Shown here: one piece after another, positions 53,732 through 64,000 of the stretch
How the letters are laid out: each line of letters begins with the position of its first letter
How positions within the stretch are numbered: the stretch's first letter is position 1
NCBI GenBank assembly: GCA_973895155.1
Contig: OZ316894.1
Location: 16,538,216-16,602,215, forward strand
Origin: Marsupella aquatica
Taxonomy: Eukaryota > Plantae > Marchantiophyta
Length of the DNA stretch: 64,000 bases
Direction: 5' to 3'
Translations under genes and position numbers: made by a program
Notes under the pieces: generated by a model
Databases searched by the model: none
Told to the model about the DNA's origin: nothing
The model's input: the letters and a program-made list of their open reading frames with translations, nothing else

Positions 53732-55525
53732 GTGGTTACGTATACGAATGATTCGAGTACAGTACAAAGAAAGAGATTCTAGGTGAAACTGTTGGTGGGA
53801 GTGGGCCCCCTCAAGTCAACAGTATTGGGAATTCTGGAGGAAAAGTCCCTTTATGGCCATGTGAGACTCATGCACTCTATTGCACACACATGCTCCCCAA
53901 GGCCCACTTGGCTAGCACCTTACTAATGTAGGTAGAGGCTTAAATAAACGCTGCAAGATCCTGGACAATAGAATTGTTCCTAAATGAGCCAGGTGAGAGG
54001 CCCAAAGAGACTGCCACTTAGGCCGAGCACATGAGCTCCTGTCAATTGGGCGGGTGAGACAGATTCACTCTTAAAAGTCCAGGTGAGTCATATTATTTGT
54101 CGTGAAATCAGGATTATCTGGTGACTTAGACCATTTGGCTGTTTGGCCTTGTCTTTTAGCTCTGAGTATAACTCTAATGCATCGAACAACACCAAGGACT
54201 TCAAAGCAAGGTCCTTTGAATTCTTGAAAGCTCCAAAGCACAATGACACAGAAGTTAGACAGTAAAGGGACAATGAGAAGCATTAGGCTCCAATTTTAAA
54301 TTGAAATGGGAATTCTGTAGTGCCATCCTGGTTCACTATGAATAAATAATTAGTAAAATTTGGACATAACTAACAAATATTTTGGGCCCGACTATTCTTT
54401 GCATAGCAGGGCAACTAGCCTCTAAATTAATTGAGGACACTTTGCTTACCTGCTTGGTTTGTAAGCTTGATGCTATTCAACAAGTTGGAGCAATGAAGAG
54501 TTACATATTGGTTTGACTATGGAGATGAGAAAGATTAAATGGAGGATGGTAAATGAAGTGGATGTTAAGGTAATTAGAACACTTTCAATTTCATTGCAGA
54601 CAAAGAGGAGATTATTCATGGTACAAGTCTTTTCAAAACATTCCCTTGATACTAATATGTTCATACAATTCATGTAGCATTCCATACAATCCACAAAACC
54701 ATTATAGAAGTCAAAGGGTTTCTTACTTTACTGTTACTTCATTCCTTTCTCCATAATAACCAAAGGGTTTCTCATGGGCCCTTGGTATTCCTCTGTCCAT
54801 AGTAGCTAAAGAGCTTTTTACATAACCATGGTAAGAAATGTTACAGAAGCTGAAGAGTGTCTTTATATCCATGGTTATTTCAAAGAATTGTAAAGAATTT
54901 CAAAGAATTTGTTTGAAAACACTGATATATCAATCACAAACCATCCAAAGGCTATTCTTGTTTACCCCTTTTCTACCAGTGTCTTTGTTTATTTGAAGTG
55001 ATATAAACATTTGATTTGAAGTTTCCATTGTTTTTATAATGACGGGTCTAGCTAATTTTCTGTCTTGCCTCAAACACAATGCTTGGTTCTTCTTGGATAA
55101 CTAATCTTCCTTGTTTATGATCAATAGTGTTGATGGGGCTACACGTGTTTCCAGGGCGGGTTCCAGGGATTTTGGAAGGAGCTTCCCATGGGGGTCTCTA
55201 ACAAATTCAGCTTCTTGACCTCCTATGTGGTTTAGTACAAAGTTTGACCAGGCTTTTCAGTTTGCTTCTCAGTTGTGCTTTAGTTCTTTTCCCATTGTAA
55301 AGAACTTTGGCTTTTTGGCTGTTTGGTCTTCTTGGGTACTTTCCGGTTGTTTTCTCCCCTTCATTTTGTCTCTTGTCTTTGGAATCTGTAGGTGGGAGCA
55401 TGATCTAGATTCCTACATTATTAATCTAAATGAAAATCCAAGCAAATATCTAAACACCTTAATATGCAATCCCTCTCTTCCTTTCTCATGGTCTGGTTAT
55501 CAATGTCATTCTGGCGACAAGCCGC

Positions 55526-55612
55526 CCTGCGAGTTTGATTAATGTGGCATTTTTTCCTAACCAGAAAAGGCCTCCCTGCGGATTTGATTAAGGTGACATT
55601 TTTTCCTAACCA
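55526..55612. repeat. ~47-bp tandem duplication
   Basis: ccctgcg..tttgattaa.gtg.cattttttcctaacca x2. Confidence 0.75.
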
Positions 55613-56580
55613 AAAGATGAACCTATAGGTGCCCTGTGTGCACCTTTGCCATGCCAAACCCATCACTCTCCCAACAACTCACACTCTCCTTGAAATGCAG
55701 TTGCCAGACCAAGTCACTCATTCCCCATTTCACTTATGTTTGAGAACACTTTCCCTCAAGATCACTTACTATCCACAATACTCTCGACAAGCAGGAGGGA
55801 CATGGACAATACTCTGCAGCATTGGGCTAGTTTTTATTCTTATTATATAAAGGTGGTAGCCAAGTGGGGCTCGGGCACCAAGGTGCAGGTAGGCAGTAGA
55901 GTGCAGGAGTATGAAAAGTGCCATTAAGGCACTTCGAGAGTATCTCGCTGAATCTTTGGTAGTGGGACCTCACAAGTCAACAGCTTCACTTTTTCGTTTC
56001 TCTCCCTTGAATCAGGATCCACCCACCTGTAAATCTCGTCAACAGCAAGACTTCGTTCAGCTTATAATAAGGACCCAGGTGGGACTTTTCTATCCAGTTG
56101 GATTCAGTACTGCATCCTCGATGGGTACTTGTAGGGCCCTTGCAGCATCAATCTAGAATCCTCACTTCTTTAGTCCTGAGCTTGATTCGATTTTGTTCAG
56201 AGTCAATCAGGTCAATCCGTCATTGTACTTTTTGCTCCCGTGCCCATGGCCTGAATCTTCGCACAATTGCGCACAGCTGCTGCCCTGAAAGCTTGTGAAC
56301 CAGACAATGCTTGCTTCATCGATCGTCGTGTCGATGAATTGTAACGAGCCTGTTGTGAATCATTCTCTCCATCTATCCTGCTCAACCACGTAGAGAGCTT
56401 CCTCCGCTAGAGATCACTCTACTCAATCAGATGCAGAGGGCTCCTTCTGAGGCATAAGAGTGGGGAAGGGGAAGAAGAAGCAGAGGGAGAAAGTCTAACG
56501 CCGTGGCGCAGCGGAGCTCAACGGAAGACGAACAAACTCTGCTGCTGCCTTGCAATCAAGGCACTGCAGCAAGAGCCACC

Positions 56581-59500
56581 ATGGGAGACTCGGGGACGAC
56601 GATGGGGTCCAGTGTGGAAGTTGAAATCGATCCGGGAGAGCGGCGTCTCAATGAACTGGGCTACAAGCAAGAATTGAAGCGAGAAATGGTAAAGCATGTG
56701 CTGGTTTTGTGGATTTTCCTCACATTTGATGGCATGTCTTTGGATGGTCTACGGTTTTTGGCAAAAAGAGGGACAACGTGAAATGTTCACCTTTAACTCT
56801 GTCGTCGTTGCCTTCACTCGAGTTTGGTGCTCGAAGGTCTAGCGTAGCGCAATATTGCGAACATTCGGAATTGAGTGAGAGCAATCATGGAAATTTAGAC
56901 AATTCATGATCAGTAACACGGAAGGAGAACTCGCTCAGTCTCGCACGAACAAGGACTTGCCCATTTGATGTCTGGCTGTTTTGCAAAGAGATCTTCAGGC
57001 CGCGATCTGTGACAATCTACCAAAATATAGCGACCAATCGAAAGGCTGCTTTGATGGCTTCAGTGCTATATCAGTTTAGCACTTGTGTTAGTAGTTAACC
57101 CATTCAGTCATGCAATGGAACAATTGGTGTGGGACGGTGACAAACCTCCTAGAGCGAATTTGGCACCTCTTTCACTGCACCTGATTGACTCAACTTATCC
57201 TCATCGATTCATTTCATACCGTTTGGACTCCTCTGGAGTGAATGATTTTTCTGAGGCCAGCGGAAATACTCCGGTGAATCAGTGTAGATGGATGCCAGAT
57301 GGAATACTTTTTGGCAGCCATTCTCTTATACTACTAGAATTTTTATCGGAGGGCGCTCAGGTGTACCCAACTTCGACGATAGGAATCACGGGTCGAGAAC
57401 TGTCGAGTATTGTAGCTGCTCTCGCTTGTTCTCTTGTTCCAGATAGAGGTGGGAAAGGTGTTCGCTAGCCCCATCGAAACCTTTGAGTGGGTTCTGCTTT
57501 TCGCTTCGAAACTAGGAATCCGACCCACCGGAAGGTATTTGTGAGGTTGTTTGCCTTGATATCTCCCTCTCCCCTGGAGCTTGAAATCTAGAATTTCAAG
57601 GTGAGCTCCTTCGTTGTTGTTATAATCTCATTTCCCCTAGAGATGGACGGGTTACTTCGGAAATTGGCTCAGCACAAGACTGTCGCTTCGGTAGTATTCC
57701 CCAGAAAACTAAAGCTGACTTCCCGGACTGCATTTTCCTTGAGATTCAGTTCTAATCTTTTGAATAGACGTTTTCGGGATTACTTTGTTTGCCCTTTCCT
57801 CTCTTTGAATAGCACATCCGCTTTAACCAGAATTCTCAAGAGGGTAGACGGAGAAACTTCGTTGGATTTGCGCACTGAGTTCATACGATGGAAGGTTGCA
57901 ATCTGCGATCCGCCGCAGGACGTTCATTCTCAGGACACTGAACTCGTGTGTGGAAAATCTCAAACTCTCTAGTAGATTTTCACTCAAAATAATCTGACTC
58001 GACTTAGAAGATGTTGTCAAAGGTCTCCGATTGAAGGCCCGTCCATCAATAGACTATTAGGAAAGTTTGTGCTTACCTGTGCTATTTCGTAGATGTCGTG
58101 ATCATAGTTTTGTGTGTTGGACAATATCCTTTGCTCTATTTTGGAAGTACTGAAGGCAAGAATGTTTTCCGTTTCTTTGTAGACCCTCTTCAAGTGCTTG
58201 GCAATCGCTTTCTCGACAATGACGCTCTTCACAGGAATAGTGCCACTCTATGGCAGCAGCCTTGCAGACGCAGGCCCTGTGGGTGTAGTTTGGGGTTGGG
58301 TCATCGTTGCTTTCTTCACTTGGTTTGTGGGATTTGCGATGGCTGAAATCTGCTCCTCATTTCCGGTATGGTCAGCACTGTTTTCTCTATTTGAAATATA
58401 ATGACTATCTCTTTTGGCTTTCAACTTTTCTTTACCTAAGAATCTGCAGAGCAGGAGTAAAGGATTAGGACGGGGTTCGTGAGGTTGATGCTGTTCATCA
58501 ATTTATATCCCATGAAGCTTCAAATTTTTCTAGAGGACTTCTTGTTGATTTTGCTGTGATCGTTTGAGTGACTTTGTCTGGCTAGAGTGTCTGCAGCTAG
58601 ATACAGAGCAGTGGTTTTGCAGCGGGGAAATAAACCCAACTGCCAAATGCGTTGTGGACTTTGGTTAATAGAATTTCGAACGGCAGCTCACTAGAGTTGT
58701 CCCTGCAGATTTTTAATCAAGCACACTCACATTCCGCCATATTGATATACGAGTTGATGGTAGTGACTTGAAATGCACAACATATGGGCAGCTGGGACTA
58801 TCACTGATGGTGTGCATGATGCAAATTTCAGACAACTGGATCTCTCTACTTTTGGGCAGCTCATTTAGCTGGTCCGAAATATGGACCGTTAGCCTCATGG
58901 GTCTGTGCTTGGCTTGAAGCTATAGGTTTGATTGCAGGCATTGGCACGCAGGTATGTTGCCTATCAAGGTTAACTTGACCGGGCCGATGTAGAGTGCATG
59001 GGCTGGATAATCCACAAAGGACACGTGTTGTTTTCTATTCCTTTGCAAAACTATACTGAAATCAGAAAATTTATAATACGGATCAGTGACGTGCAAGCTT
59101 ACTATGATATACCAGATTCAGATTGTCTCTCGTGATGTGGAGTTTTCACAGCTATTTATGCTCATAATCAATTACAGAAAGTTGCCCATCTTGAGTCATT
59201 CTGACTTTTAAAAGGGTTAGGCATATGCAGGGACACAAACGTTACAAAATATCATTCTTCTTTGCACGGGGACAAATAAAAATGGAGGATACTTCGCACC
59301 ACCCGGAGTGTTTCTAGCCATATACATTGCCCTTTGCTTGACATGGGCTATTCTGAACACGTTCGCTTTGAATGTTATTGCCATCCTCGATATTATATCC
59401 ATCTACTGGCAGGTTCTACTCTGACAATAATTTACATGTTTCAGATTTGTACCCTGAAAGGAGAGATGTAATTGTTGCAATTTGACATTGTTGTTATCTG

Positions 59501-61006
59501 GGCTTACTATAGAGGTTGTTTCGAGGTTGCTAAACGGTCTAGTTTGTGTGCAGGTTGTCGGTGGTGCAATTATTGTGATTTTGCTGCCAATTGTTGCTCC
59601 GAAAATACAGTCAGCATCTTATGTTTTTTCACATTTCGAGAAAACCACCTCTGTTACCGGAGTTCATAGTAGTGCATATGCGGTGGTTCTGTCTTTCCTT
59701 GTGAGTCAATATTCATTGTACGGCTATGATGCAGCTGCGCATTTGACCGAAGAGACAAAAAATGCAGCCATCAATGGCCCAATTGCCATTCTTGCCAGTA
59801 TTGGCCTGATATCTGTATTTGGGTGGGCATTTATTTTGGTTCTCACTTTCAGCATTCAGGTATTGATTGAATACCTGTTCTCTTTACTCCTTTCTGCTAA
59901 CTCTCAACATCGACTGCTTGGAGGAATATTATTGACGAGGTTTCTTTAGAAATAGATCTTTGATATTGCGTGTGCTGGATGTCATGTGATCATTGGATTG
60001 CCACACATTTCAACTGTTAATTTGTGTCAGTTCATGTTTGACAGGATCCGGCATATTTGTTCGATGTCAACAATGAGACAGCAGGGCAGTTTGTTCCTGC
60101 TCAGATTCTTTACGATGCCTTTCATGGTCGGTATAAGAACGCTACAGGTGCTAATGTGATACTGTGTGTCATATGGGCTTCTTTTTTCTTTGGTGGAATG
60201 TCAATCACCACTAGTGCTGCTCGAGTGGTAAGGACATCTACCTGAGAGTTCTGATGGTTTATGTTTATCTATCTGGTTGTATCATCTGTCATCTGGTCAT
60301 AGCCTCCAGGTATTCGCAAGGAAGATGATGCCTCCTCTGTTAAATCTGATAGCCTGTCCCTAACTAGGCCATTGGACATCAGATTACAGCCAACGGATGA
60401 GTAGGTCTCCTTTTGATCTGAACTCACACAAATGTTGGAAGTCCTTTCAACGCTGGAGTCGATATATGACGTTTCGTGACGTGTACTTTGCAGGTCTATG
60501 CTCTTTCTCGTGATGGAGGAATTCCTGGTTCTCGGTTTTGGAAGAAAGTGCACCCGAAGTATGGAGTGCCTGCTAATGCTGTCTGGCTGTGTGCTGCTTG
60601 TGCTATTCTTCTAGGGCTTCCCATTCTGGGAATAAGTGTAGTATTTACTGCGATCACTTCCATCTGCACAATTGGATGGGTTGGTGGCTATGCTGTTCCC
60701 ATCTTTTGCCGCATGATTATACCCAGTGATAGATTTCACCCTGGTCCCTTCCACCTGGGCAGGTTCAGTCGTCCTGTTTGCCTGGTAGCTTTCCTCTGGA
60801 TCTGCTACACTTGTTCTGTGTTTCTTCTTCCAACCTTCTATCCTATTACACCAAATACCTTTAATTATGCCCCAGTTGCTTTGGCGGCAGTGCTCGCAGC
60901 AGTCATGGGCTGGTGGGTTGTGGATGCAAGACATTGGTTCAAAGGTCCTGTAAGAAACGTCGACATTTCTGCTAATTCCGAAGGGACCAAAGTTTTGCCA
61001 GAATAG
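56581..61006 (+). CDS. BAT1: Amino-acid/GABA permease, BAT1/GABP type (APC superfamily), 7 exons, ~534 aa
   Basis: Phase-0 GT-AG exons 56581-56688, 58183-58365, 58832-58951, 59221-59412, 59554-59859, 60045-60227, 60494-61006 (1605 nt). Motifs: RLNELGYKQELKRE, MAEICSSFPTTGSLYFW, GYDAAAHLTEET, YALSRDG, FNYAPVAL, ARHWFKGP. Confidence 0.95.
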
Positions 61007-61908
61007 AGATGAATTTGGTGCTACTCATCGAGACAAATGAGAACAATATTTACAAGATTTGCTAGGCAGAATTCTTCTAATCAATTTGAAAGGCCACGCA
61101 GGCGTGAGTCTATTGTACAGCACTGTCCATCAGTGATAAATCGAACAAAGCCCAGATCATTCCTTATGATCTCGTCCTTTGGTTGCTCGAAATGGTGGTC
61201 GTTGTGCGTTGGGGGACTGATTTGGGATTTCGTTCTCTCTAGTTGCGGAAGAGCGAATGCTACCAGTAAAACAGAATTTGCTTCCCGAAAAGGTGGATTA
61301 GGCCTCCGAATCTTTATGACCAGCCTTATGGATTATTTTTTTCTGCAACTTAACTAATGAGAAGAGTCCTTGTGTTGTGGCCAGATCTATAATTTACATC
61401 AACTCTCAAGCAAATGTCCAGACTAGGGACGACCTTGCCTTTTTTGGTTCGCTTGATTAGTGTGCTTGAAGCTCAAATAAATATTAGGCCTCAGTCATGA
61501 TGTCAACCCCAGAGGGTTTTTTTTTTATGGTCTACATTGAGTCCCGCTTCTTATGTCAGAATGTTCGTCACTGGGATCAAATTAGAAACACTCTAAGCGC
61601 AATGATTATAAAGCTTGTTCATAGGCTCTACAGAAACTTTAAAGATGTTTGGATGAAATTAGAAAAAGTCTAAGCTCCAAGTTTAGAAGGTCCTTGCCTT
61701 GGCTATATAGAAACTTGCAAGTTTTTGATCGAGTTGTAATTCTCTTCTCTTGTGTGGATAGAATTGGGTACATACTTATACAGTAGTTGGAGTTCTAAAT
61801 CTGAGCAAATTTTGATGTCTGTTTTGATGAATTGGTTGGTTTGAGTGAAAATGCACATTTCGATAGACAAGTCATCGCTGCAGTGTACAACACAATTTAA
61901 TGTTATGA

Positions 61909-62174
61909 TTTGTTGCAAACAAGCATAGAGTCACTACCATGTGAGGAACAATGGACACCTTTGCACAATATAGTGCTATCATTTGTTGCAAACAAGCATA
62001 GAGTTCATTTGTTGCAAACAAGCATAGAGTCACCAGGATGTGAGGAAAAATGGACACCTTTGCCTTGTTGCAAACCAGCATAGAGTCACCACCATGTGAG
62101 GAACAATGGACACCTTTGCCTTGTTGCAAGCCAACATAGAGTCACAGCCTCTGTGATGAACAATGGACACCTTT
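61909..62174. repeat. Tandem repeat, ~58 bp x4
   Basis: ttgttgcaa...catagagtcac...tgtga.gaa.aatggacaccttt repeated; the array stops at the adjacent MITE. Confidence 0.88.
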
Positions 62175-62176
62175 AA

Positions 62177-62734
62177 GGGTGGCTTTACAAGAAGTTGGGG
62201 GCAGTTTTCACATTTTTTTTGTGTCCAAGATCTGATCAAGGCCATCCATTTGAGAGAAATTGCTGCTGTTCACTTTACAAAACCTTGGGGGCACTTTCAA
62301 CCCAACCTGTTACCAACCCTACATGGAATGCAATGGGGCCCAATTTTTGCTTATGTGGAGCACTCTTTTGTCCTAGATTTTAGACCACCTCTCTTGGTGG
62401 TCTCTTCTTCTGGCCGCTTGGTCCATTTCTATTTTAAGTCATTTGTAATAAAAAGGGACCCACAAGTCCTTCATAAGATATTCTCTTCTCATATTTACAA
62501 AGACTTTAGCCAAAGATTCTATGACATTCAGGTGGAGTGGGTACTCAATCTGTCTTTTAGTCAATTAATCTGACACCATTGGCTACACTTGGCTTTACAA
62601 GACCTTGGGGGCAATAAAAGGATTCAAAAAATGCTTTTAGGCCCGGGACACTACATTTAGTGTGTGCAATGGCCCTCCAGTTTGCTTTGGTAAAAAAAAC
62701 TCCCAAGTGCCCCCAATGTCTTGTAAAGTCCTCC
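62177..62734. mobile_element. PIF/Harbinger (Tourist-like) MITE, 558 bp
   Basis: TAA flanks both ends (62174-62176, 62735-62737). Left TIR gggtggctttacaagaagttgggggca; right end reverse-complements to ggaggactttacaagacattgggggca. Internal copies of the motif at ~62272 and ~62591. Confidence 0.78.
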
Positions 62735-63398
62735 TAAGTTGTGGATACATTTGAGTAGGGACTTTTGTAAATTTCAAACTTGAAGGGTATTTAGGTAAAA
62801 GCATGGGTAATTTTGTAGAGTTCCCATTTCTTTATAGGTGTTCCCATAGGGCACCGATAGGAAATGTTTTTCTACTCATTTTCTTATTGGAGGGAAAACG
62901 CAAACCCCAGAAACCATCCTTCGCCTAACTTAAAGTGAACCATTATTAGATCATCAGACTATTGGACTGGTAGACCTCTATTTCTAATTTATTTTTCTTG
63001 TTGCTAGGTTTTTGGAGTGCTTGTGCCATCTTAATTTGAGTTTATCCTCTTCGGACCCTTTTGCTTTTCCTCCAATAAGAAAAGCAAAAGTGCAAAAGTG
63101 CAAAAGCTTTTTTGTGCACGTTTTAGTAAATTCGGAGTTTTCCTATTCAAATCCTAGAAAAAATAAAATTGATTAACTTATCCATGGAACCGACCGAAAG
63201 TGTCTCCTGCCTTCTTTTTATTTTTATTATTTTTATCTTGATGGAATGCCTGCTCCACTCTTCTGCACCCTTGATCTGATCGCTCTTTCTGGAATCTTCT
63301 TCCCTCAACGATATATCCATCGCCATGCTTCACTGTATACAGTACACTACTGGCGCTGGCCACTGACGGATATACACTCTACAGTACTCTACTTCTAA

Positions 63399-63965
63399 GA
63401 GCATTCGCACTGGTCGCCGGCCTGTATTGGGGTTGTTTTCAGGGCCTGGGGAGGGCTAGGCCGTCCGTCCAGCAATTACTCTGGATGTGTCTCCCACCCC
63501 ACCACTATAACTGGATCGGAAAAACAGTCCGGTTCGAACTATTAGGGCGTCTCAAACTTTACGTTGCTGCTTCCAGTTGCGGTCAGACACTGAATCCCGG
63601 GAAAAAAGTGGCAGACACAAAAATCCATGTCCGCACACTGCTGAACCGTGACCAAAACTGCTAGTTCCGGGCCTCTTTTTTTTCCCGCGACTCCAAGGAT
63701 TGAGACGCCCTATTGGGTCAATTTGGTCTCACACTCGACAGCAAGGAAAGCTAAAAATGCCTGAACAAACAACTGTACACAGACATGGAATGCAGGAGGA
63801 AGTGAATATATGGATGAACAACGTGTGTTGGATCTTCCCAGGAGCACGTATAGCGATCATTGATTTTGATTGGCGAGGCTGAACCGGCCTGGATGGCGCC
63901 CGCTTGTTGAGCCTAGGAGTGGCGGGCCGGGGTCCAAATTTTGCAGGCCTGAAAGATACAGGTAC
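63399..63965. mobile_element. Degenerate foldback element, possibly Harbinger-like
   Basis: taa|gagcattcgca start; nested inverted matches tagggcgtctcaa (63543) / ttgagacgcccta (63700) and cctgtat..ttcagg (~63421) / cctgaa..atacagg (~63950). Right terminus not identified. Confidence 0.35.
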
Positions 63966-64000
63966 AGATGGCGGGGTATGGTGGGGTATGAAATTTGGAT

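Overview
Eukaryotic nuclear DNA from a land plant; the GT-AG introns, plastid transit peptides, TTTAGGG repeat and compact layout suggest a bryophyte, possibly a liverwort, but that is an inference. Seven intact genes were reconstructed by hand: a clade-F-like PP2C phosphatase (+), a PHD-finger plus telobox-Myb TRF-like protein (-), an 18-exon TBC/RabGAP (-), a plastid GNAT of the NSI/SNAT1 type (+), an intronless MAGL/CSE-like alpha/beta hydrolase (-), an intronless organellar glutathione reductase (+) and a BAT1-type amino-acid permease (+). Intergenic DNA holds an orphan terminal YUCCA exon, decayed L1-type LINE relics, MITEs, LTR-like relics, a near-perfect 170-bp hairpin and many local tandem duplications. 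I see no evidence for a new multi-gene system. The best leads are a candidate mutually exclusive exon next to the RabGAP catalytic glutamine, the hairpin, the orphan YUCCA exon, the intronless glutathione reductase and three independent promoter-proximal tandem arrays. Family assignments are from recalled motifs, not database searches.
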